The position numbers were made by a program, and so were the translations under genes. The notes beneath the pieces were generated by a model, which did not search any database, was not told where the DNA came from, and saw nothing but the letters and a program-made list of their open reading frames with translations. 34,376 bases of DNA from a virus (Duplodnaviria > Caudoviricetes), in IMG/VR virus record IMGVR_UViG_3300014202_001531, positions 1-34,376 of that record; one strand, given 5' to 3'. Below, one piece after another: positions 8,955 to 17,497 of the stretch. Each line of letters opens with the position of its first letter. Within the stretch, counting starts at the first letter, position 1.

Positions 8955-11900
8955 TTAACCCCTTGTCAGCACGGCGGCCACTTGATAGGCCAGCGCGTAG
9001 ATGTCTGCTTCTTCTCTGACGATCATTTGTTCGATGGTCAGATTCACGCCCCCGCCTGCTGCGGCCAGTTGTTCGGCGCGGCGGTTGGGGAGAATCTCCG
9101 TTCCGCGCGGCAGGCGCACCAGTTCACGCCCGGCTTCGCCCACCCACGACCAACCGCCCCCAAAGTAGGAAGCGCCCAGTTGGTTGTTGGCCGCCTGTCC
9201 CCCAAACGGCCACCAGGACGGCATGGGAGGCCAGGAGAAGGAAGGGAAAGCAGGCCAGGAGAAGGACGGAAACGACGGCCAGGAGAAGGAAGGGAAGGCA
9301 GGCCAGGAGAATTTCGGGAGTTCCGGCCACTCCCATTCAGGCCAAGTCCATTCAGGGAGCGCAGGCCACTTCCAGACCGGCCATTCCCATTCCGGCCACT
9401 GCCAGGTAAAGCCAGCGCCGAAGCCGGAGACGAAATCGCCCAGGGCGTTGACGACGGACGCTTTGAGCTTGTCGAAAGATGCGCCGACCGCCGACCAGTC
9501 GAGGTTGGCGATGGCGTTGCGAGCGGCTGTTCCCAGTCCGGCGAAGTGGTCGCTGCTGAGAACCCAGGCGACCCCGGCAAGGGCGGCGGCCACGGTGGGG
9601 GCGAGGGTGGCAAAGGCGGCGACGGCAGCCGCTTTGAGCGTCTCCGGGTTCATGGCCGACGAAAGGGCGGAAGACACGGCGCTGCCAAGCCCTGCCCAGG
9701 TGCTTGGGCTGAACACCCACTGGATACCGGTCAGGGCGGCGGTGAGTGAGGCGGCCAGAGAGGAGCCGACCGTTGACCAGTCGATGGAAGTAATCTGGCT
9801 GTTCATGGCGTCCAGCAGGCCGGTGAATGCGCCGGTGAGATCGAGGCTGGCCAGGGCGTCAGTCAGTCCGGCGAGAATGCCGTCCCGCAGGTCGTTCATG
9901 GTCTGGCCGATTCCCCCCACAGCACCGAAGAAGTCGAAGCCGTCCGCCGCTTGTTGGGCGGAGGTCTGGGCAGCCTGGATGCCGTTGGTCACGGTTGACC
10001 AGTCGAGACCAGCCATTGCGTTTGCAACAGCCGTGGTCAGCCCGCCGAAAGATGCGCCGATGCTTCCCCAATCAATGGAAGTGAGGGCGCTTCCCACGGC
10101 GCTGGCGAGACCGGCGAAGGTGTCGCTGCCAAAGAGCCAGGTCAGCCCGGCGATGGCGGCGGTCACGGGCGCAACCAGAACGGCAAAGAGATGTTCGGCT
10201 TGAATGGATGACCAGTCGATGCTGGCGATGCTGGCGGCCACGGAGTCAATGAGGCTGGCGAAGTTGAGGCTTGCGCTGCGAAAGTCGATGCTGGCAATGG
10301 CGTTGGTCAGGGAGCCGAAAACGCCGTCCCGCAGGGCAGTCGCCCCGTCGCCGATGGCTGCAACTGTGCCGCCCCAGTCGATGGAGGCGACGGCGGAGAT
10401 GGCGGAGAGGCGGAGACCATCGAAGGCGTTTTGGACGTTCGACCAGTCGAGAGATTGGATGGCAATCACTACCGATGCGCCCAGATTGGTGAAACTGGCG
10501 CTAATGCCGCCCCAGTCGATGGAAGCGATTGCGCCGGTCACGGAAGAAAGCAGCCCGGCGAACGAGTCGCTGGTGAACACCCATTGCAGCCCGGCGATGG
10601 CGGCGGCGGCGTGAGGGACAAGGGCTGCGAAAGCTGTCTCTGCCTTGATGGATGACCAATCAATCCCCCGAATCGCAGCGGCGATGGAATCCACAAAGCC
10701 GGTGACGTTCGCCCCCATGCCAGACCAGTCGATGCTGGCGATGGAGGCGGAGAGAGCGTTGAACACCCCGTCCCGCAGAGTAGTGGCTGCACCGCCTGCA
10801 CTGGCCAGCGCCCCGCCCCAGTCAATCGCACCCATTGCGTTTGCAATAGGGGTTGTCAGTCCGCCGAGCCAGTCACCGGCAGCCGCCAGCGCACCACCCC
10901 AGTCAATGGAACCCATTGCGTTTGCAATAGACGAAGTGAACCCGCCAAGCCAATTGCCCGCACTGGCGAATGCTCCACTCCAATCGATGGCACCCATTGC
11001 ATTTGCAACAGTGGACGTGAACCCGCCAAACCAGTCACCGGCAGCATCTAGCGCACCGCTCCAATCCAAAGCGCCTATTGCGTTTGCAATAGAAGACGTG
11101 AAGCCGTTGATCGAGCCGCCGATCTCCGCCAGCGCGCCGCCCCAATCGAAAGAGGCGATTCCGCCCACGACGTTGGCGACGAACTGCTGCAAGCTGGCGC
11201 TTACGGCGCTGAAGTCAATGTCTTTGAGACCGAGAGCCGCCAAGATCGAAGCGCCCAACGCCCCAAAGTCAGCGCCGGACAACAGCCCGCTCACCGCCCC
11301 GCGCAACTGGCTGAACTGCTGCTGCAACTGACCCACAAAGTTAGGAATCGACAACCGGCCAGAGAACAGACCGTTCAGCGCCCCGCCAATCGCCTGCACC
11401 GCCGACACCACCGTGGCTTTCAGGGCAGACCAAGAGGCCGACGAACCAAAGACCGACAGCGCCTCTCCAATGCGGGAAAACGCCCCGGCCACCGCATCCA
11501 CGACCGGCATGGTGGCGTCCCGCAGCCCGCCGAAGTTGGTCGCCCAGGCAGCGCCCAGTCCCACAACCGCAGCAATGAGCAGGCCGATGGGACTGGCCAA
11601 TGCCCCAAGCGCCCCGCCGATGGCCGCCAAGACCGGCAGCGCCGCCCCTACTGCGCTGGTCAGCATCCCCAACACAACCAACAGGGGGCCGACCGCAGCG
11701 GCGGCGGCGGCGAAGACCACAACCGTATTCCGCAGACCTTCGGGAAGACGGGCGAAGGCAGCCACCGCATCCGCCGCCTGACGCGCCATCTGCGCCAGGG
11801 CAGGAAGAAAGGGCGACACAGCGGTGATGAGCGTGCTCTCCACGGTACCCTTGAGATAGAGCAGCGCCCCGCCCAACCCCTTCATGCGGGCGTCGGCCAC

Positions 11901-13139
11901 CAGCGTCGCAGCGCCCGCTTCCGTGACGCTCTCTTTCATCTCTGCGTAGGCGGCAGCCCCTCCCTGCGTGAGGATGCTGGCCGCACGAATCGCATCCGTC
12001 CCGAAGATGGTGGTCAGATAATTCTGCCTCTGTTCGTCGGTCAACTGGCGAAAGACAGTCGAAGTGGAGGAACCCACGGCGGCCAACTGCTGATACTCCG
12101 CCTGCTGCGCCGAGAGAGATGCGTTGAGTTCGGCAATGGCCTTCGCCCTGGCCTCGTCGGAGAGATTCGCCCCTTCAATGCCGGACTGGTAGTCGGCAAT
12201 CTTTCGCTGCGTGATGGCGATTCTGCCGCCCAGATACTCCATGCGGGCAGCCTGTTCGCCGGTGAGGTTGCTGCTGCTTACGGTGACTTGGTTGACGCCG
12301 TAGAGCGCCTGTTCCATCTGCGCCAGAATGTCCGGGAAGGCGCGCATCGTACCGTCCGCGTTGTACACCTGGAGACCCAGGCTGCGCATGGCTTCCGCTG
12401 CATCGTCGGTTGGGGCGGTCAAACGCATCAGCATCGTTTTGAGCGCCGTGCCCGCGTCGCTGCCGATCAGACCGCTGTTGCCCAAGATCGCAATGGCAGT
12501 CGATAGGTCTTCAATAGGCACTTTGTTGGCCGCAAAGACAGCGCCGGACATTTTCATCGACATCGCCATGTCATGCATTTCGATGGACGATGAGTTGGCG
12601 GCGGCGGCGAACATATCGGCGATTTGTCCCGCTTGCGATGCGTCCAGCCCAAACGCATTGATGGCGTTGGCCGAGACTGTGGCCGCATCCGCCACCGTCA
12701 TGCCAGCGGCGGCGGCCAGGTCGAGCGTGCCGGAGATGGACGCCATCACCTGTTCTGTGCTCATGCCCGCCTTGCCCAGTTCGAGCATGGCGCTTGCCGC
12801 TTCGGTGGCGGAGAAGGACGTTTCAATGCCCAGTTGCAGGGCGATGGTGCGCATCTGATTGATGGTGTCACCAGTTGCGCCGGTGACGACTGCGATGGTG
12901 TTCATGGCCGTCTCGAAGTCGGCGGCGGCGTGCAGACCGGTTGCGCCGATGGCGGCGATGGGAGCCGTGACGCCTGCGCTCAGACCCAAACCGACGTTGC
13001 GCACGGACGCCCCTGCGCTTTGCAGGGTTGCCTGAATGTTCTCTGCGCTGGAACCGAGGGAGTGCAGGTCTCCTTTGACCTGCTGCAACACGGCGGACGC
13101 TTCGTTGCGAGCTTTGACCACCAGGGTGATTTCCGACAA
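8955..13139 (-). CDS. Tape measure protein (TP901-type core), 1394 aa
   Basis: AADFETAMNTI..TSFSATEAASAMLELGKAG..GSDAGTALKTMLMRL core; IDW amphipathic repeats; C-terminal WVGEAGRELV; follows chaperone pair. Confidence 0.97.
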   Translation of the reverse strand: MSEITLVVKARNEASAVLQQVKGDLHSLGSSAENIQATLQSAGASVRNVGLGLSAGVTAPIAAIGATGLHAAADFETAMNTIAVVTGATGDTINQMRTIALQLGIETSFSATEAASAMLELGKAGMSTEQVMASISGTLDLAAAAGMTVADAATVSANAINAFGLDASQAGQIADMFAAAANSSSIEMHDMAMSMKMSGAVFAANKVPIEDLSTAIAILGNSGLIGSDAGTALKTMLMRLTAPTDDAAEAMRSLGLQVYNADGTMRAFPDILAQMEQALYGVNQVTVSSSNLTGEQAARMEYLGGRIAITQRKIADYQSGIEGANLSDEARAKAIAELNASLSAQQAEYQQLAAVGSSTSTVFRQLTDEQRQNYLTTIFGTDAIRAASILTQGGAAAYAEMKESVTEAGAATLVADARMKGLGGALLYLKGTVESTLITAVSPFLPALAQMARQAADAVAAFARLPEGLRNTVVVFAAAAAAVGPLLVVLGMLTSAVGAALPVLAAIGGALGALASPIGLLIAAVVGLGAAWATNFGGLRDATMPVVDAVAGAFSRIGEALSVFGSSASWSALKATVVSAVQAIGGALNGLFSGRLSIPNFVGQLQQQFSQLRGAVSGLLSGADFGALGASILAALGLKDIDFSAVSASLQQFVANVVGGIASFDWGGALAEIGGSINGFTSSIANAIGALDWSGALDAAGDWFGGFTSTVANAMGAIDWSGAFASAGNWLGGFTSSIANAMGSIDWGGALAAAGDWLGGLTTPIANAMGAIDWGGALASAGGAATTLRDGVFNALSASIASIDWSGMGANVTGFVDSIAAAIRGIDWSSIKAETAFAALVPHAAAAIAGLQWVFTSDSFAGLLSSVTGAIASIDWGGISASFTNLGASVVIAIQSLDWSNVQNAFDGLRLSAISAVASIDWGGTVAAIGDGATALRDGVFGSLTNAIASIDFRSASLNFASLIDSVAASIASIDWSSIQAEHLFAVLVAPVTAAIAGLTWLFGSDTFAGLASAVGSALTSIDWGSIGASFGGLTTAVANAMAGLDWSTVTNGIQAAQTSAQQAADGFDFFGAVGGIGQTMNDLRDGILAGLTDALASLDLTGAFTGLLDAMNSQITSIDWSTVGSSLAASLTAALTGIQWVFSPSTWAGLGSAVSSALSSAMNPETLKAAAVAAFATLAPTVAAALAGVAWVLSSDHFAGLGTAARNAIANLDWSAVGASFDKLKASVVNALGDFVSGFGAGFTWQWPEWEWPVWKWPALPEWTWPEWEWPELPKFSWPAFPSFSWPSFPSFSWPAFPSFSWPPMPSWWPFGGQAANNQLGASYFGGGWSWVGEAGRELVRLPRGTEILPNRRAEQLAAAGGGVNLTIEQMIVREEADIYALAYQVAAVLTRG
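9229..9311. repeat. 24-bp coding tandem repeat (FSWP[AS]FPS) in tape measure C-terminus
   Basis: GGCCAGGAGAA recurs at 9229, 9253, 9277, 9301. Confidence 0.9.
10810..11110. repeat. 81-bp (27-aa) coding repeats in tape measure, each carrying the ATTGC-N4-GCAAY palindrome
   Basis: Motif cores at 10834, 10915, 10996, 11077 (exact 81-bp period). Confidence 0.85.
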
Positions 13140-13147
13140 GCCAGCCT

Positions 13148-13370
13148 CTATCCCATCGCTTCATTCAGCGTGCGCGCTTCGTGCGTCCAGCGGTTCTCCT
13201 GCGCCATGCGGAAGGCGATTTCTTCCACCAGCGCGGCGGGCGCTTCCATCAGTTCACGCCAGCCCCACTTCATGTACCGCATGATCTCAATGAGCGCCCC
13301 GTACTTGCCCTCAGCGTCTGTCTCGATACCGTGCATGATCATCAGTTCGTAGGCGCGGGCGATTTTTTTT
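13148..13370 (-). CDS. Tail assembly chaperone C-terminal extension (gpT-like), via -1 frameshift
   Basis: -1 frame from the slippery run reads KIARAYELMIMHG..MKWGWRELMEAP to stop at 13148. Confidence 0.8.
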
Positions 13371-13692
13371 GATCGCTCTCCGACAGACCGGCATTGAGTT
13401 TGTCCACCGCTTCCACAATCAACCGGCCCACCTCAGCCGGGAGCGCCATGATGTTCTCCACGCTCACCGGACGCCCCTCGAAGCCGGGTCCTTCCCAACT
13501 CACCACGGCGCGGGACAGCTTGGCCGCCTGGTTCTTGGCGTAGTCGAGTTTGGCGTCCTCTGCGATGATGTCGAAGACGGTCGATTCGGAGAGAACCTGC
13601 TGGCTTTCGCCAAAGGTCAACCGGCGAATGAGGACGGTGTTTTCGTCATCGATGCGCACCAACTGGGTGGACTGCGTGCTGAAAAATCCCAT
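13342..13692 (-). CDS. Tail assembly chaperone (gpG-like)
   Basis: Between tail tube and tape measure; AVVSWEG..PVSVENIMALP motif; slippery site at 3' end. Confidence 0.85.
   Translation of the reverse strand: MGFFSTQSTQLVRIDDENTVLIRRLTFGESQQVLSESTVFDIIAEDAKLDYAKNQAAKLSRAVVSWEGPGFEGRPVSVENIMALPAEVGRLIVEAVDKLNAGLSESDQKKSPAPTN
13363..13370 (-). other. Programmed -1 ribosomal frameshift slippery site (A AAA AAA)
   Basis: Minus strand GAT CAA AAA AAA TCG; -1 frame is open into the downstream ORF. Confidence 0.8.
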
Positions 13693-13702
13693 GAGACCCT
13701 CC

Positions 13703-14701
13703 TTACAGGGCGGCGATGCTGTTCTTCACTTCCACGGCGAAGAACAGGCTGTCCACAGACGAGTAACCGGCGTGCCCTTCCACTTTGACCGAGATGTTTC
13801 CATTGCTGTTCTCGTAGGAGCCGAACTTGTCGTAGATGGCGTAGAGGTCGAGGCGCAGGTTGCGGGCGACGGACGAGCCGGGCGCATCCAGGCGAATGAG
13901 GCGACCCTGCTTGTTCTGCCACTTCGCCCGCTCCGCCGCCACAAAGCTGGACGCACCGTCCTGTTCCAGTTCGTAGGCCATTGTGAAGGTCACAGTGGGC
14001 TTGACGAACTTGTGGGCGACCGGGTAGAGATTGCCGCCGCCAGCCGGGACGAACTGTATGCCGGTCGTCACTTTGATGGTGCATTCCAGCAGTTTGCCCG
14101 TCACCTGCGTTGTGCCGATGGTTCCGCCTGAATCGTCCACGTAGAAGCGGGTGCCGCCGAACAGGGCGGGTTCAATGGCAGGGATGGCCAGCGCGCCGGT
14201 CAGGGCGGCGTTGACCCACCGCTGCCCTTCCCACACCGAGGAGATCATCCACGCCTCGTCCACCTTGCCGCTCAGTTCAAACTCAGAGACGAAGGAATAG
14301 GGAATCTCCGTCTGGTCGGCGGGGACAAGCACGTTGCCCGCTTCCAGGGTGTAGAACTTGGGCGTGCGCGCCGTGGTCAGGGGGAAATCGTAGAGCCGCA
14401 CGTAGGGGCCAGCGCCGGAGGGTGTGGCCGTCAGAATGCCAGCCTCGAAGATGTGGGGCGCTTGTTCGTAAGTCAGTTCCGTGGCGGGCATGGCGAGCTT
14501 TGCGCCGAGACGGGTGTCGTAGGCCAACTCAGCCGGGATGAGCGCGCCGACGCTCTCCTCTTTGATCTTGCGGATGCGGGTGTCTTCCGGCGCGCCGAAC
14601 GGGCCGCGCCAGATGGTGGTGGCGGGCACGGCGGTTCCGGGCGTCGTCTCTCTGCCCAACTGCACCACATTGTAGGGGGCTGTTCCGTAGACCGATGGCA
14701 T
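13703..14701 (-). CDS. Major tail tube protein
   Basis: VQLGRETTPGTAVPAT N-terminus; beta-rich 332 aa; position. Confidence 0.85.
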   Translation of the reverse strand: MPSVYGTAPYNVVQLGRETTPGTAVPATTIWRGPFGAPEDTRIRKIKEESVGALIPAELAYDTRLGAKLAMPATELTYEQAPHIFEAGILTATPSGAGPYVRLYDFPLTTARTPKFYTLEAGNVLVPADQTEIPYSFVSEFELSGKVDEAWMISSVWEGQRWVNAALTGALAIPAIEPALFGGTRFYVDDSGGTIGTTQVTGKLLECTIKVTTGIQFVPAGGGNLYPVAHKFVKPTVTFTMAYELEQDGASSFVAAERAKWQNKQGRLIRLDAPGSSVARNLRLDLYAIYDKFGSYENSNGNISVKVEGHAGYSSVDSLFFAVEVKNSIAAL

Positions 14702-14704
14702 GGT

Positions 14705-14902
14705 TTACTCTCCTTCACTCTGCGCTTCGATGGGCGCATAGAGCGTGCGCCCGGTCGCTCTGGCGTGCGCCTCTATTGCGTCTATGTGCTGCGCCGCTTC
14801 GTCAGCCGACAGGTCACGGGCCGGGACGCCGGGAAGATATTGACCATCTCCCACATAGCGAAGGGAGACCCCGCGCGGGACGGACGCTTTCTTTCGCTTC
14901 AT
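14705..14902 (-). CDS. Small hypothetical protein (65 aa)
   Basis: ATG 14902 with GGGGGAAGG RBS; LRYVGDGQYLPGVPARDLS; fills gap. Confidence 0.65.
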   Translation of the reverse strand: MKRKKASVPRGVSLRYVGDGQYLPGVPARDLSADEAAQHIDAIEAHARATGRTLYAPIEAQSEGE

Positions 14903-14916
14903 GCCTTCCCCCTTTT

Positions 14917-15357
14917 CTAGCCGTACACTTCGGCGGCGACGGAGAATTCTTCGACCAGGTACTGCATCCCGCCCACGGTGACGACGCCCATGAGGGAGGG
15001 GCGAGCGTACTCCAGATGCGTCCACCACGCTGTCACCTGGTTGTCGGCAATCCAGGCGATCAACTCTTGCTCCAGCGTGTCGATGGCGTCTTCGGCGTCT
15101 TCTTCCGTCCAGGCCGCCCGCTTGCCGAACAGCACCCAGACTTCCACGGTGAAGAAGAACTTGGAGCGAATGCCCTTCGCCGTCATGGACGGTCGCTCTG
15201 CGCCGGACGAGTAGACCCGCACCACGGGCGACTGCTGGCCGAAGTCGCTCTTTTGGTAGCCGTAGACAGCCTGCGCCGTGGGCATGGACGCAGCCAACCC
15301 CGCCGCCAGCGCCCGGCGCACTTCTTTGCGGTTGATGGGGTTGTCGCCAATCGGCAT
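14917..15357 (-). CDS. Tail terminator/completion protein
   Basis: 146 aa upstream of tail tube; AEDAIDTLEQELIAWIADN helix typical of terminators. Confidence 0.7.
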   Translation of the reverse strand: MPIGDNPINRKEVRRALAAGLAASMPTAQAVYGYQKSDFGQQSPVVRVYSSGAERPSMTAKGIRSKFFFTVEVWVLFGKRAAWTEEDAEDAIDTLEQELIAWIADNQVTAWWTHLEYARPSLMGVVTVGGMQYLVEEFSVAAEVYG

Positions 15358-15360
15358 GGC

Positions 15361-15819
15361 TTATCTCCCAAACGCCTGACGCAGCGCCGACTCCGCCTCT
15401 CTGACCAATTGGGGCGCTTCCCCTTCGATGACCGCTGCGTCGGTCGTCCATCTACCCCGATGGAAGCGAGCCTGCGATTGCGCCCCCTGCACGAACGGGG
15501 CGTAGGGCGCATCGTTGGTCAGGCTGGCTGTCAGTTCGGCGGGGCGCATCTCTACGCTGTGCCGCCAACTGCGCCCCAGGCGTCCGGTTCTTTCTCCGCT
15601 GATCACCCCACGGCGCAGCAGGGCAAAGAACGCCCGTTTCTGGCGCGGCGTAGTGTTCGCCCGCCACACGCCGGAAGCAGGAGGGGGCGGGTAGCGGCGC
15701 AGTTGGTCTGCCATGCGCAGCACGGAGCGGGTGAGGACGGGTGCCAGCGCCGCCGCCACGTCTGTGTTGAGAATGTTCTGCGCGTCAGGCAGACCACGCA
15801 CTTCGACGGAGAGGCTCAT
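15361..15819 (-). CDS. HK97 gp10-like neck/tail completion protein
   Basis: SVEVRGL start; RTGRLGRSW and NDAPYAPFVQG motifs. Confidence 0.8.
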   Translation of the reverse strand: MSLSVEVRGLPDAQNILNTDVAAALAPVLTRSVLRMADQLRRYPPPPASGVWRANTTPRQKRAFFALLRRGVISGERTGRLGRSWRHSVEMRPAELTASLTNDAPYAPFVQGAQSQARFHRGRWTTDAAVIEGEAPQLVREAESALRQAFGR

Positions 15820-16202
15820 GCGTCGTTGGCGGGCGCTTCGGGCAGGGTGAGGACGACCGGCTTGACTTCCGTCTTCATGCGCTGCACGCCCGCTTCGATG
15901 GCCGCTTGCAGCAGGTCAAAGGGCAGGGTGGGAAAGAGCGTCTGAAGCTGCTTGAGCACGTAATCGAAGCGGTCAGTCTTGTCGAGCACCTGCTGGGCAG
16001 AGCGCACGAACGTTTCCGCCACGGTGACGGCCTCGTAGAAGGAAGTGAGCAGTTCGGACGCCTGCGCGGCGGCGTCAGCGGCATCGTCCACCAGTTCTGA
16101 GGCGGTGGGCAATTTGCGCCCGGCGCGAGCGGAAGCGGCGACGGCGACGACGGCTGCGACGAGCAGAACGAGGCCGACAATGAGGGCGATAGTAGAGTCC
16201 AT
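15816..16202 (-). CDS. LL-H-like holin (single N-terminal TM)
   Basis: ATG 16202 with AAGGAG; TM then AETFVRSAQQV..DRFDYV..LQAAIEAGVQRMK. Confidence 0.65.
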   Translation of the reverse strand: MDSTIALIVGLVLLVAAVVAVAASARAGRKLPTASELVDDAADAAAQASELLTSFYEAVTVAETFVRSAQQVLDKTDRFDYVLKQLQTLFPTLPFDLLQAAIEAGVQRMKTEVKPVVLTLPEAPANDA

Positions 16203-16212
16203 CTTCGTCTCC

Positions 16213-16347
16213 TTACTTTGAATCAATGAATGAGCGATACAGCTTTCCGATGGCCGAGCCGAGGCGTATCAGCCCACGCCGAAAGAGCAGGGCGAAGAAG
16301 ACGCTGGCGGCGACGAAGCCGAGAAAGAACCAGAAGGCGTTGTCCAT
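16213..16347 (-). CDS. Small single-TM protein (44 aa)
   Basis: MDNAFWFFLGFVAASVFFALLFRRG; start overlaps upstream stop. Confidence 0.6.
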   Translation of the reverse strand: MDNAFWFFLGFVAASVFFALLFRRGLIRLGSAIGKLYRSFIDSK

Positions 16348-16682
16348 TACTGCAAGTCCTCGACGGTCAGGTGCATGGCAGGCGCGCTGAGCATGTAGTT
16401 CACAGCCCACGTCGCCACGTCCCGAATGACATACTCAGCGCCGTCCACAAGCAGAATGTCGCCGTGTTGAATGTCATGTACGCCGACGACGAACGTTTCG
16501 AGCAGCACATGGGACGTTTCCAGTTTGAGGCGCTGCATGAGCGCGCCGACCCGATCTGCGTTCGCTGGAACCAGGGGCGTCGCCCTCAGACCTGTCAGGT
16601 GCAGCACGGGCAGCCCGCTTCTGCCGTCCACCACGGGCGCACGTTTGGTCGATACGGACGCCGTGGCGAAGTTCGTCCACAT
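16347..16682 (-). CDS. Head closure/stopper protein
   Basis: 111 aa; DIQHGDILLVDGAEYVIRDV motif; position. Confidence 0.7.
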   Translation of the reverse strand: MWTNFATASVSTKRAPVVDGRSGLPVLHLTGLRATPLVPANADRVGALMQRLKLETSHVLLETFVVGVHDIQHGDILLVDGAEYVIRDVATWAVNYMLSAPAMHLTVEDLQ

Positions 16683-16683
16683 C

Positions 16684-17112
16684 TCAGAGCGCCATCAGCC
16701 CGACGACCGGCGCATCGCCCAACGGCGGGTCGATGAGAGACCCGTACTGGGCGTTGAACGCCTTGCGCTTGGTTTCGATGAGGGCAGCCAGTTGGTCAGC
16801 AAAGGCCGCCCCTGCTTCCCACAGCGGGCCGACTTTGACATCTGCGCCGATGTAGTTGGACTGCACCAGTTCCAGCGCCCTCACTTCCGCCAGGTCGAGC
16901 AGCGCGTCGTCAGCGTCCACGGTGGACAGGTCAGCGTCTGTGCAGTCGCCCGGCGCAGCGGTTGTCCCGCCCATCCGCCGCACCGCCCAGGAGAGCGCCT
17001 GTGCGCAGTCGGCGTTGCTGCCGTCTACCGTGGAGCCGTCCTTGCCCACTTTGGCGAAGAAGACGCCCACTCTGGCGATGAGCAGCGCGTCAGCGGCGGC
17101 GCGGGTGATCAT
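16684..17112 (-). CDS. Head-tail adaptor protein
   Basis: 142 aa helical protein after capsid module; ATGA overlap. Confidence 0.55.
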   Translation of the reverse strand: MITRAAADALLIARVGVFFAKVGKDGSTVDGSNADCAQALSWAVRRMGGTTAAPGDCTDADLSTVDADDALLDLAEVRALELVQSNYIGADVKVGPLWEAGAAFADQLAALIETKRKAFNAQYGSLIDPPLGDAPVVGLMAL

Positions 17113-17486
17113 CCGGCCCCCAACACCGCGCGCAGCGCGCCGAGTGCCTTGCGCCCGATTCCCTTGATGGCCAGCAGGTCATCGTCGGAGGCCATGCGCA
17201 CGGCGTCAGGCGTGTCGTACCCGTTCTCCACCAGCAGGCGCACCATGTGAAGGTGCTTGCCCAGTTCCTCAAAGGCCAGCCAGTCGGAAGGGATGTCGGA
17301 GAACGACCCCTCCGCCCCCGGCTCTTGGGCTGCTTCATCCATTGCGTTTGCAATGGGTTCCAGCTTGTCGAGAAAACTGGCAGCTTCCCCTTCGGTGAGA
17401 GTGAGCGTGTCGCCGGGTGCGTACTGCTTCCTCATGCCAAAGCGGAACCCATCCCGCACTCGATAGACCTTGAGCGCATCTCCCAT
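17109..17486 (-). CDS. Post-capsid small protein with C-terminal helix-hairpin-helix domain
   Basis: YAPGDTLTLTEGEA N-domain; LVENGYDTPDAVRMASDDDLLAIKGIGRKA HhH motif. Confidence 0.75.
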   Translation of the reverse strand: MGDALKVYRVRDGFRFGMRKQYAPGDTLTLTEGEAASFLDKLEPIANAMDEAAQEPGAEGSFSDIPSDWLAFEELGKHLHMVRLLVENGYDTPDAVRMASDDDLLAIKGIGRKALGALRAVLGAG

Positions 17487-17497
17487 GAAGCGCCCCA

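Noticed and set aside
13148-13692. Tail chaperone frameshift as a novelty
   Set aside because: Well-known lambda G/GT-type feature; listed as a feature only
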